A stretch of 64,000 nt of DNA from Chromera velia (taxonomy: Eukaryota): assembly GCA_018398765.1 (NCBI GenBank), contig JAHBMJ010000090.1, positions 62,001-126,000 on the forward strand, given 5' to 3'. Position numbers and translations under genes: made by a program. The stretch's first letter is position 1, and each line of letters starts with the position of its first letter. A model generated the notes under the pieces. It did no database searches. It saw nothing but the letters and a program-made list of their open reading frames with translations, and was not told the DNA's origin. Shown in pieces: positions 16,700 to 28,571 of this stretch.

Positions 16700-19628
16700 G
16701 ACTCTGAATGCCTGCCCACCTGCGTGGTACTGTTGATATCCGCACCCAGAGCGAGCAGCAGACGGATTGCTGGTCGGCTCCCGGCAAGCACGGCTGAGTG
16801 GAGCGGAGGAAATGGAGCGCACTGCAGAGAGGAGGGGAGGAGACAACAATGAAGGCATAAAAAAATAAAAATGAATGCATGGGCTTCCAATCCGAAATTT
16901 CTGTACAGACAATTCACTGAATCGAATCGAATGCTTCCCGGGTCGGTCTACCATGATGCATGCATTTACTTTCATACAGAATTCTTTTTGATGCATTCTG
17001 TATGATGCATTCTGTACGATGAAAGGAAATGCATGGATCGGTCTACCATGATGCATGTATGCAATGAAAGAAAGAAGACTCCTTCCCTCCTTCCCACGAC
17101 CGCACTTCTTCCCTGCCTCCTGTCGGTCGAAAGGTAGGTATCTCTTCTTTGCTTCTCTTCTCGACGAATTTCCTTTTAAATTCCCGACAGATGCATGGAC
17201 GCCCACACAGACCGACCGACCGTCAGGGAAACAGAAAATAGAGTCTTCTGTCCCCCCCCCCCCCCCCNCCCAATGCTTCCTTCCTGTGTGCATTTCAAGC
17301 GCAGACAGACAGAAAAAGAAGAGACATAAAATATGACTGCTAGAGGGGCAACTAGACAGAACAGACCAACCAACAGACAGACGTCAACCAAGCATCCAGC
17401 CCGCCTCCTTCCCACACGAGCTCACTCACTTTTTTCAAAGCAATGAAGAGTTTCTTCAAGTAGTCGTGAAGCTCCCCCCCTCCTGTCTCCGCCTCCTTTG
17501 CTCTCTTCCCCCCTACTCCTCCTCCTCCCCCCGTGATGGAGAATTTCACCCCCTGTGAATTCCCCTTCTGCCCCTTTCCACCCCCAAAGTCTATCAACGC
17601 CAAGCTGCTACCGCCCACTGCTCTCACAGAGACAGAGGATACCATTCCAGAACCAACAGAGAGCCCCGCCCTTCCCTCTCTTCCTGTCCCTGCAGCCATT
17701 GAAGGTTCAGGCACGTCCCCTTCAGCTCCGCTCTCTCCTCCCGAGGACTCGCTGCTGACTTCACACGGCATCCTACTGTCCTCTGATGAGTCCCTTTCTC
17801 TTCTTCCCTCCAGACCTCCGCCCACCCTCTCTTTTCTCACAAACGCCCCCCCACCCTTTTCTGTCCGACGCCTTCGAGCGACTCTCTTTTTCCGACGGAC
17901 TGAGCGCCCTACCGACTCGGAAAATTTGAGCATCAACCGAGAAACTCGAGGAAGCGACGCAAACGCCAAAAGACCTCCGGAGAGACCCGAATCAGGATCT
18001 CCCTCTATTCCTGCGGCCTCTGCTGCAGGACTCGCAGAAGGTTCCTCAGCAGCCATCGCGAGTTGGTCTGTCTCGGCAAACACTTCCTCTCTCCCCCCTT
18101 CACCCCCTACCTCTTGATCTCTGTCGGCTTGCCCCTCTCCCTCTCCCTCTTCTGCCCCCCCAGAAGCAAACGTGGAGAGCGAACCTCTTGTTACCTCTTC
18201 CTGTCCTCCATCTCTGTCAAATACAGGCGAGCTGGATTCCTCACGCTCTTCCCCTTGTCCCTCTTGCTCCTGCATTTCAGGCTTTGAGGGAGAGGGAGAG
18301 GAAGAGGGAGAAAGCTTCGAGGAGGAACAGGCGGAGACCTGAGCTTCATTAGGGTCAGGGGGGGCAGCAACAGGTTCAGCAGCGCCGGTGGGATCGGAGG
18401 CAGAGGAAGACACGGGTTGGGTGGCGGTGGAAGAACCCACAGTCATAGAGCGGGCAGACGCAGAGGCGGATTCCGGACAAATAGCCGGAGGACTTCTGAG
18501 GGAAGGGGGAAGGCAGGATGGCTCTTGAGACGGCTCCCGGGTGGCTGCAGGGGAACTTCGAGCAGAAACTTCAAAGGGATGGCACGAGGCAGACGAGGAA
18601 GTCGCACGACCACCACCGGCAGCAGCAGAAGAAGAGGAAGGCAAGTCCGTACCCCCCCCTGAACCCGTGTCTTTTGTGGAAACCGAAAACGGAGGGCCGG
18701 TATCAGCAGATGCGGGCTCCTCCGCTTTCCCTTCTGTTGTTCTTCCTTCTGCAAGTGAAGCAGCAGTTTCGTTCAGCCCACGTTGCGGATCTGTGGGCCT
18801 GGGGGACAGGAGGGGCCGAGGGGTATTGGCGCCCCCCTCACTTTCTCGTGAACTTGAGAGGGGGCCAGAGGGGTGTGTGGGTGAGACTGATGCGCGAGAC
18901 AAAGCGGCAAGGCCCGCTGTGTCACCCCTTTCTCCTCCGGAGCCTTGAGGGGCACTTTCTCTTTCTCGTCCTCTGTGTGTTGGACTCGGTGACCATTGGG
19001 GGAGTGGTGAGGAAGTGGAAGAGGAAGAAGAGGAAGAAGAGGACGAAGAAGGGGCGGAGGAAGAGGAAGAGGAAGAGGAAGAAGAGGAAGATCGAGGAAT
19101 GAGACTTTGGAGGTCCCTCTCCCCAGGAGGAGGGGGAGTCACCTCTCTCTCCCTCCCTTCCAGCTGAGGAGGAGTGACGCCTCTCTGCCCACCCTCCTCT
19201 GATCCTTGTGTCGTCACATGTCTGACAGCGGACCGTCGGTCCCGTTCTGGCACAACTGCTGCGTTTCCAAGGTGGAGAGGGACAGACTGTGTGGGATGCT
19301 GCTGGGCCGAAGATGTGCCGTCTCGGTTTCTGCGAGAAGAGGGGGGGATGCTGCTGTCACCCTTATCTGCTCGTTTTTGTTCCCTATCCTCCTGCAGCAT
19401 TCTAACCAGCAGAGACTGCCAGATGCGGACACCTTCTAGATGAAGAAAGTTTGAGCATCTGGGGTGTACACACATCATTCGGCACACAGAGACGTCATCT
19501 AGGCACAGCCAAAAGTACCACTGATGCTCAAGAATATCCAGCAGCAGAGGGGCGGAAGCCGAAGCGACAGGAATGATTTCGCCCTGCTCAGACCTCATAG
19601 CGGGGGAAAGCGGTTCGGACTCTGTCAT
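10903..19628 (-). CDS. Ankyrin-repeat protein (~1400 aa, 12 exons) with possible F-box-like N-terminus, long S/P/E-rich linker and C-terminal transmembrane anchor
   Basis: Exons with GT/AG ends: 19628-17430, 16821-16720, 16083-15874, 15383-15282, 14990-14889, 14462-14365, 14137-14032, 13869-13771, 13332-13219, 12891-12793, 12246-12148, 11811-10903; phases join in frame. About 11 ANK repeats (e.g. GKTPLHLACFEGNLPAARALIAEGSDVNA; GRTALHDAAESG). Ends VELLLVLVVAIILFGLLSFSFFKILRGIATASSSRR. Joining of exon 1 to the ANK exons is inferred. Confidence 0.85.
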
Positions 19629-20247
19629 CGATCCACTGATTCATCCACTGTTCGACATTCGACTTCAAAAGAGCAAGACTACACAAGCTGACGTACGTCT
19701 GAATCGTGGTAGAAGAAGAAACCTCACAAGCGAGTGTTTTGACCGCAGCCTTGAGATCCGTCACTCAACGTTCCTTCACGCAATGCATGGTGAAAGGCAT
19801 GGTGCGTCTGGCGGCCTTCAAGCGAATCGAGAGATGTGTAAACTTCAGTCATACTTCAGTCTTACTTCAGTACGAGAATTTCGGAGACGGCCTGCAAGAC
19901 GCGTTCATGCAGACTTTGCGCTAGCGACTCTTCGCGCGCGTTTGAGTTTGGCACGCGCCGCGCGCCCAAGGTTGTTGAGTTTGCATGCCCTGCATGTGGG
20001 TGCCCGACTGCATGCCGTCGACATGTAGTCAAGGGTCAAGGGAGTCCGTTCGTTCATGCAAAACCACGGTCGGACTCGTCGGAGTATACAAAATGATCGT
20101 GTCCTGTGAACACACTTAGCAAGCTATACACGAACCCGAAGCGTCAATTACTGCAGAGTCTGGGTCGCTGTATGTCCTCTGATCTCAGTTGAATTCATCG
20201 AAAGGAGACGGCAGTACCACCCGATGGAAGTGCCCAGGCATTGAGAG

Positions 20248-22306
20248 ATGGCGACTGGGCATTGCGACTGGGAAGGCCGGGAGCGGCCGCGTTTGTGTGA
20301 ACTGATCCAGAGAGATGAGGGGGGGAGGGGAATTAAGAATTTGCTGTGCACGGAAATCGAAGATCATCTGTGGCAAGGTGCTGAGTCACTCGCTCATGTC
20401 TCCGTACATGTCGGGCTGATCACCGGATTTCCTTGTTGCCTGGACTTTGATCCTCCTACAGAGACAGACGGGCCTGCAGGGACGCTGGCGGTAGCACGAA
20501 CTCTCCTGGCACTTGGAAAGGAAGTGACACTCTGGACAGGTGAGGGTGGAAGCGACGAATCCAAAGACTGCTCTTTTTCTGCTGTGTGCTCATTCTCCCT
20601 GTCTCCCGTCTCCTTCATGTCCTCTCCTGTCCCCCCCCTCATTTTCACAGCCGCCTCTCCTTCTCCTGTGTGCAATCCGTCTCCTGGCCGCTGGCCACTC
20701 CCCCAGCTCAAATGCCCTCCTGTCTCCTTCCTCGTCGTTTCTCTCTTTTCTTCCATAGTGTGTGCTCCCTCTTCAGCGCTCGTCCTTCCTCTTCTCTCCC
20801 CTCTCTAGCGCCCCCCTCTCCGCTTCACTCGTTTTTGGAGTTACATTGGCTACTTCCACGAAGCTCGACCCTTCTCCAGACTTTCTTTTCCTCTCCTCCC
20901 TCACACACAGTCACGTTTCCTGGGTGTACCTCCGGCTTCCTTCCCTGACACTAGCTTTACGATAAGAAAAAAAAACATCTCAAGCACAGCGGTAATGGCA
21001 TCAACGTTTTGATTTTCTGGCACGGTGCCGCTCCTTCATCTTCGCGATCGACGCGCCTGGAAGGGGGCCTTTAGGGTCCTGCTGTTCTGTGCCGGTCCGA
21101 ATTCTTCCCTTCTGGTTCGATCTCCCCCTCATCCCCCTTCCTCTCCCTGCCTGCCTGCCTGTCTCTCCATCTGCTTGCCTGTCTCTCTGCCTGCCTGCCT
21201 GCCTGCCTGTTTGCCTGCCTGTTTGCCTGCCTGTTTGCCTGCCTGTTTGCCTGCCTGCCTGCCTGCCTGCCTGCCGGTCTGAGTCTGATTTGATCCAGAC
21301 GAGTGCAACTCGAAGGGACTGCTGGCAGCGGCTCGGGCTCATCCCGTTGTGGGCAGGCACCTGAAGGAAGGAAAGGTCGGTGCAGAAAGAAGGGAGGAAG
21401 GAAGGAATGAAGGAAAGATAAGGAAAAGAAGGAAGGGTGGACGGATAGAGGGAATGACAGAAGGAAGGTCGGACGGATGGAGGGGAGGAAGAAAGGCAGG
21501 AAGAAGAGACGAAAGTGACTTGCAGCCAATGGACGTGGGCTCTCTGCATGCATAGGCTTTCCTTCAAGGTTCTCTGATGTATCTGGCTCTTGCAAATTGT
21601 TTTTCTTCAGAGTTGTTCTCTCTATACGGAGAAAGACGATAGGGTCAAAGGGGGACACTGCGTTGGAGAGGAAGGGGGAGAGGAGAAGTACGGCTCTTTT
21701 TGGATCAATTGTGGGAGTTCTGACGATAGGAAGAGAAGAGAGGAAAAGAGCAGAATTAAATGAACAAGTGGCTGTTGTTTCATTCGACTCAACCATGGGT
21801 GATGGACTTGAATCAAGACGGGCGGATAGATGGGTGGATGCCATTGGATGAAAGAATGAATAAAAAAATGCATGTATGAATGAATAAATGAATGGAGGAA
21901 TGAATGGAAAGGGGCCCGGGTCGACGGAATGATGCAGCGATTCTTCTTTCGAAGTTTCGGTCCTGATGTTTCAGAAGAGTCTCTGAGGAGAGAGGCAGAG
22001 GCAGAGGGAGGGATAGACCACTGGATTGCAATCGAAAGGTGCGTCGTACCTTTTTCTCTCCCTCCCTTCTTCCCTCTCTGTTTTCGCTTCCCGGCGGCGA
22101 ATTATCGGCTAGATCAATGTCTCGATGATCGACTGATTGTCCTCTTGTGTGTTTCCGCTCACCTATCGAACGTATGTTCCTGGTCTCGTCCTGCCGCTTC
22201 TTTCTGCTTCGCTTCCTTCCTTCATTTATTCCTTTTTCTTCTCTCCTTCGCCTGTTCCGTCCCTCTTCCCCTCCCTCTGACTCTCTTTCTCTCTGCGTGT
22301 TCGTGG

Positions 22307-22341
<35 letters not shown>

Positions 22342-22449
22342 TGAGTGAGTGTGTGTGCGTGTGTATGTGTGTGTGTGTGTGTGTGTGCGGGCGCGAGTGT
22401 GTGTGTGTGTGAGAGAGAGAGAGTGAGTGAGTGAGTGAGTGAGTGTGTG

Positions 22450-22493
<44 letters not shown>

Positions 22494-24396
22494 GGCGCGA
22501 GTGTGTGTATTGAGTTTGAATACGCCAAGTAGAACAAGGGAAGGCTCTCCGTATCTGTCAGATTCCTCACTTTCTCTTTCTTCCTGTCGTGCATCCAGAG
22601 CGGGTCCTGCATCTGACGGGAATTACTTCACAATGAGGGGACGCGACATGACCTCCCTGCTGGCGCCTCTCCACCTGCCATTTCTGTGGGCAGCAGAGAG
22701 ACACCATGATCGGGCAGTGGAGGGAGGAGGCAAGGCCGTGGTGACTATCGGCATTGGGGACGGAGGTGGGCAGCTCTCAGCAAATCAGTGCGCAACAGAG
22801 AGAGAGCGTGAAGGGGGAGGGAGGGAAAGAGAGAAGGATCATGAAAGATGTCTGCACCTCTATGCTCTCAACTGTTGTTCCAAGGGGTCTTCGATCGTGG
22901 TTGTGGTAAGAGAGGGTCTATGTTTCCTCCATTCGATTTCCCCCCAAGGACTTGGTTTTGCTCATTGACCGGTCGGATGATGTTGTTTTTGGTGTTCCGC
23001 GCTGTTGCGTCTGGATGCAGGCAACGAGGTTGGGATGGGAACTGTTGTGGATCTAGTGCGTCGTCACATTCCTTTGGGGGATCAGATCGCGTGCATTGTC
23101 CCGGCAGACTTTCTGATCGGTAGGCGGTGCATGGGCCTCTCCAGTGCCACCGTATCGCTTTTTCAAAGAAAGAACCAGAGCAGACAGAGAACGGCAGTTT
23201 TTCCTTTCTTCCATCGGGTTTTTGTGGACATGAGCTTAAATCCATCAGTTTGGGCATCTCTCTTGCATGTCTGTCTTTCTCTCTTCTGAATAGGCGTCTC
23301 TCCTTGTGGTTCGTCGTGTCTGTCTGCCCTTCTTTTGTGTGTCTCTCTGCCTTTCTTTCCGGAAAAAAGAAGAGAGGGAAGAGGACGCAAACCAACAGTC
23401 TGTGTGTCTGTCTGTCTGTCTGTCTGTCTCTCTTGCTTGGTGTCTTTCTGGCCTGTCTGTTGTGTCCATCTGAAGAAAATGGCGGGTAAAGGGGAGAGAA
23501 AGCTTTGGTCGTCTGTCGGGCTTCTTCGTCGTTGCAAATTCCGTCTTTTTTTTTGTCTTCTTCTTCTTTTTCTTCTTCTTCTTCTTCTTCTTCTTCTTCT
23601 TCTTCTTCTTCTCCCTTTTCTTCTTGTCTTTTCTTCTTCTTATTCTTCTTGCTTTTCTTCTTTTATCCGACTGCCTGAATGTCTGACTGGTACAACCTTT
23701 GTGCACAAAATTTTCCTTCCTCCCTTCCCCATGACGCCTTGGGTCCCCTCTGCTCTGACTCAGAAAAGTTTTTTTGTGCCTTAACGGTGGCTTCTGTGCC
23801 TCTCTCTTTCTGTTGACTTTGCAAGGCTGCGGTCGATCGCTTCTGTGTCTTTGGTCAGCGTGCAAATCCATCCACTCCGTTTCACTCCTTTCGATCGGAT
23901 TCCATTGAGCCACATTCGATCGGGGGGGGCCTCGCTGCAGAACAGGGGTCGAGAGCATGCACGTTGCGTCTATTGTACAGCTCTCTAAGCGTCTAGAGTG
24001 TTTGCGCAATGCGTGTCTGTGTAAAACGAAGTTATTTATTATTCATTTATCAAGTTTAAGGTCGTCTCTGGTATGCTTCATTGTGTTGCAGTGGCATCCG
24101 TCTCCAATTGGGGGGGGTATGCCCTCGCATGTGCGGTGGCAACGGTTTCTGGCCTTCTTTTTTCTGGGGAAAGCGTCCTGGAGGGACTCGAAGGAGTAGA
24201 TGCAGAAAGTCTGATGCCGACACTAGAGGAAGAGACTTTGGTCGCCGGGGCTTTGAAGGAGGCAGGCGTTCGGGACGGCTGCTCCTCGCAGGTCGAAGAA
24301 AGCGTGGACGGTTTTCCCCTTTCTCGATGTCTCGAGTTGTTGGAAGCAATGAGAGAGTCGGTTCTGATTCAGGCAGCAAAAAAGCCACTGCTGTGA
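20248..24396 (+). CDS. DUF4392 / D-glutamate cyclase (DGLUCY) C-terminal-domain protein
   Basis: Exons 20248-20539, 21299-21375, ~21938-22038 (acceptor uncertain), 22599-22765, 23021-23119, 24092-24396. Family motifs in order: RGI, ITGFP, ETDGPAG, IAIER-AGPASDGNYFTMRGRD, TIGIGDGGNEVGMG, ASVSNWGGYALA, GVRDG, SVDG. Confidence 0.88.
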
Positions 24397-25387
24397 GCGA
24401 GCATGCACAGAGAACGATGCGGGGCAATCAAGTTACTTTTAGAAATTATTAATGGAATTAAACCCAACTCTAAACCCAACTGACGCCACCAGTAACTGTA
24501 ATTAAAACTTTAAAGAGTAAAGTGTGAAGCTTTTTTAATTTTAAGTGCAAACTTCAAACTTAAAAGGCGCTTCATGCACTGAAAGAATTCCCAAGACTAT
24601 AGTGACTCCGAGTCGATTCATATTCAATTTAATTTATTAGTACTTAAGAGAAATTAGCCTAGAAATTAGCACTAAAGGAGATGAGGCTGCATCGCGTGTA
24701 CATGTGAACAGAGGTAAAGAGAGGTTATTGTATTAATTAAATTGTTAATTGAGGTGATTGATTCTTTCTCTCCATCCTTTTTCTCTCTTTTTTTTAAATT
24801 CAATTCATAGAAGAACTAATTTAGGAGAAAGGGTATTGTGTTCATATCACACTATGCCAAAACGTATATATATAAATTTAAATGTTTTAGCTAGTACTGT
24901 GTACAAACATCATATGACACAGGTAAACACTGTGAATTTAGAGTCCACACACAAGTGTTGAGTAACTCTTAGAGAGAAACGACTGTTAGTTCAATCTAGT
25001 ATCAACCTCAACCACCTATGAGCTCTCTATGTCTTCCCACGACCTTGTCTTTTCTATTAGGAGCCGCTGCCCTTCCCTCAACGCTCACTCTTCACACCTC
25101 TCCCCTGGTGCCCCGCAGGCACCCGCTGGCTGCTCTGTGGTGCGCTGCCTCTATTTTTGCCTTCATGTATGCACACACCTGCCCATATGTCGATCCTATC
25201 CCACTTCAGACTCATAAGATGCGCTACCTTCTTTAGGAACATATATCTCGGCGTCCTTTTCAAGGGCCCTATCTATACTGCTGACGAGGGGCATGATAAT
25301 ACTAGCACTGTTCTGTCAAACTTTTATGCTATAAAATACAAAAGGGTCAGACAGACTAAGAAGTAGTCAAATGGGCAAGCGGCCCTA

Positions 25388-25467
25388 GCATTCATGACAT
25401 AGTGGTTAGTACGTACGATTAACAATCAAAAGGTCCCGGGCGCGGGTTCAATTCTCGTTTACCTGCT
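25388..25467 (+). pseudogene. tRNA-Val(AAC)-derived sequence within the 5' LTR
   Basis: TGACATAGTGGTTAGTACGTACGATTAACAATCAAAAGGTCCCGGG aligns by eye to eukaryotic tRNA-Val(AAC) (A-box TAGTGGTTA, anticodon loop TAACA, AAAGGTCCC). T-arm/B-box GCGGGTTCAATTCTCGT; GCA/TGC outer pairs. Stems imperfect. Confidence 0.7.
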
Positions 25468-25489
25468 TTCTAAATCATATATTATCATC

Positions 25490-25756
25490 CGAAAGACTTC
25501 CTCTTATGAAAGACTTTGTGATGAAAGACTTCTTCTTGTGAAAGACTTCGTAACAAAAGACTTCCTCTTGTGAAAGACTTTGTAACGAAAGACTTCCTTT
25601 CGTGAAAGACTTCATAATGAAAGACTTCCTTTCGTGAAAGACTTCATAATGAAAGACTTCCTCTGTGAAAGACTTTGTGATGAAAGACTTCCTCTTGTGA
25701 AAGACTTTGTGATGAAAGACTTCCCCCTATGAAAGGCTTCATAATGAAAGACTTCC
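25490..25756. repeat. GAAAGACTT-core minisatellite (14-17-bp units) in the 5' LTR; equivalent array at ~30214-30480 in the 3' LTR
   Basis: Many tandem GAAAGACTT(cctcttgt/tgtgat) units visible in both LTRs. Confidence 0.92.
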
Positions 25757-27617
25757 ACCCACGCGAAAGGCTTTATGTTGGCCTGTATCACCGCATGATA
25801 GCCTGTATCACTGCGTGAAGGACTTTCCGAAAGACTTGCTATGCGGAACATTTTCATAATCATGAGAAGTTTTGACAAGAATCAACAGACCAAAAAGTCA
25901 CAACCAACCAATCAGAATTCCAAAATCTTGTTTCGTAAACCTTCCAACCAACTTTCAAGAAAACATCTTACCCTAAGGCATTCCACTTAGAACATATCAG
26001 AGAGGAGACTCTAACAGTCTCTTGTTCCTTCTGCTAACATAGTTATATCTTGTAGCATCCATAAATACTCCTAGAGGGCTTTAAGCTAAAACATCCCATC
26101 AGAAACACCTTCCTAAAGTACAAAAACCTCCCAGGCGGCGAAGCCCTGTCCGTTGTACGTTCTAATAAAAACCTAAGGCTAAGTATCATTTCTTCTCTGC
26201 TAATTCCCTATTATACATTTCTATATTCTCTACTTCCCCTTTGTTCTCCTTTTAACATCTTAGTCAGCTTATATAAACCCGAATATATATACATTTATAC
26301 ATATACATTTATCTGGCTTTCTTCCTGGTTAAGCACACTAGGAGTAGGTCGGAACACGTGGTGACTTGCCAGTGAGAGTCGACCCTTCATCAGGAGTGAA
26401 AAAAAAAAAACATTATTTTTTAAGCCATAAAAACCACTCTATTTCTTAGTATTTCTTAGTCAAACTTCAACAGATAGACCAAAAATTCGTATTCAATATT
26501 TTGGTAATTTTCTAAAATTTAAAACAATGCATCAAAGAATTTTACTGAATTTTTACATTTTCAAATATACTTGGCTGGACTAAATCTCGCAACAGTTCTT
26601 CCTTGCAGGAAGAACCCGTTTTGTAAAACGTTGACAAAAAGCTGGTCTCGAATCGCATCGCTTGATCTCGTAATATCTGGAGTACCAAATTTATCACATA
26701 AATTTCATCATCATAAATACACATTTGTGCCGGTATATTCTACTCTTTAGTATAAATAAATCCCTGCAGCAGACAAAACAAAATAACCAAACAAGCTCAA
26801 AAACACTAACCTCCTATCAACTTCTACCAAAGCGCCCCCTATATCAGGAGAATACTCAAAATCATCATTGGAGATATTCCACGGACACCTACAACAAACC
26901 GAGCAGAACAAGCACAGGCTTTTGTTGATAAAGCTCTCGAAAGAAACTTCGAGTTCATCAACAACCCTGAAAATTTAACCGTCTTTCTACTTGACTAATA
27001 CACCGCCTAGTACACCGCCTACACTTGGGCACACAATCGTCAATCATCACGAACGCTCCAAGCACTTAATTTGGAGACAATCCCTCAAGAAAAATATATT
27101 TGCTATCGACACCTCCATCTTCCACCCTTTCTTTTCTCACTAGCATGGTTTATTTGGGAGGGATTAATCTAATCACACCCAAGTAAAATTAGTAAAGAGA
27201 GTCTTCACTATACCACCAATACCAAAAGCAAAAGCAAAAGCTATTGCCAAGGTAAAAGCAAAACCCAAAGCTCAGCCTAAAGCTAAAGCTTAACCGAAAG
27301 CAAAAGCAAAAGCTAAAGCTAAAGCTAAAGCTCAACTTACACCTCCACCCGCACAAGTAAATGAAGGAAATGAACAACTTGTAGTCAACCAAGAAGAAAA
27401 CCCTCAAGAAAACCCCGAGATACAAGCTGCACCAGCCACAGCGCCAATCGAAGATCAAGAAGACGTAGAAATGCAAGATGTTGCCGAAATAAATGAACAA
27501 CAGGCGGGACAGGAAAATCAAGGTATAGACAATTATGTGAACCACGCCTCATAAAATCAACAGCCTAATGTAAATCTTAACCCGTTACAAATAACGATTG
27601 GATCTCTTGATCCTAGT

Positions 27618-28571
27618 ATGATGAGGGAACTCCAGAGACAGGGTGGAATTACCTTTCGAATTGATAAACAAGGCATGTGGCAGCCAGTTTTTCCCAAGAA
27701 CATAAGAGAAAGCCGAAACCCATTGACTAATATAACAAATAGACAACAATATACTAGCAACGGTCATCGAGATATGCTTAAGGTCAAAATGGACCTACCC
27801 ATATTCTTTGGTGATCGCTTGCAAGCAAAAGTATACTGGATTCACCTTCTTTGACTAAACAACCGAATGCAATGGAATTTTCTCGATTTTCGAGATATGT
27901 ATTTCCCCTCTACTCTTACTGGTAAAGCAAAAACATGGTATGACCAATTACCGTCGATAAGACTCCAGCAGATAGACAACATAGAAAGAATGCAAGAACT
28001 GTTCTTGAAGGAATACAAACTCATAGAAGCTGACCACTACTCAGCTGAAGAATGTCTCTTCACACTGAATCAGAAAACAATAGAATCTGTCGATAATTTT
28101 GCAAGTCGATATAGAAGCCTTTGTAACGAATGCGGAAAAAACATTGACTCTGCCCAAGTATTCAGACATTTTATGAAAGGACTGAGAAATGAAATAGTTC
28201 ACGTAACACTGAAATCAAAAACATACACATCTTTTCAAGACCTATTACATAAAACAAAGTCTTACTCATACGTTAGCACACCAAATGTGAGCACGTTAAG
28301 TTGCCAGCCTGAGCTAATCGGAACATCAGCAATTACTGAAGAAAACGGCACAGTCAAAAGAGAAGAAGAAAGGCTTCAGGTCCTTCTGCAAAATGAAATG
28401 AGCAGAATACCTAGGAGCGGATTGAGTGATCCTAATTGTACAAAATGTGCGGGTACACACTCATACGATCCAAATACAGGAATGTGTATCGTTGGTGCGG
28501 ATACTATGTATAAATACTGTCGAAAGAAAGGTCACGTGATGGCAGCTTGTCTCCATCTCAGAGAAGACTAA
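27618..28571 (+). pseudogene. gag: Retrotransposon gag (capsid domain and degenerate zinc knuckle)
   Basis: One frame: DLPIFFGD...(TGA 27852)...FPSTLTGKAKTWYDQL...LFTLNQKTIESVDNFASRYRSL...FMKGLRNEI (gypsy gag motifs), then YKYCRKKGHVMAAC, a CX2CX4HX4C knuckle with the first C read as Y. Confidence 0.85.

Noticed and set aside
17533..19102. Plus-strand ORFs overlapping ankyrin exon 1
   Set aside because: Antisense shadows of a GC-rich low-complexity coding exon.
25388..25467. Functional tRNA-Val gene
   Set aside because: Acceptor, D and anticodon stems pair poorly and extra bases precede the T-arm; kept only as a tRNA-derived sequence.
25612..25878. ORFs in the LTR minisatellite (also 30227-30601)
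   Set aside because: Antisense translations of GAAAGACTT repeats; frames differ between the two LTRs.
26359..26382. Assigning the PBS to a specific tRNA (including tRNA-Sec)
   Set aside because: Spacing from the apparent T-loop complement to CCA fits neither the standard nor the Sec arm length; cannot assign without the tRNA set.
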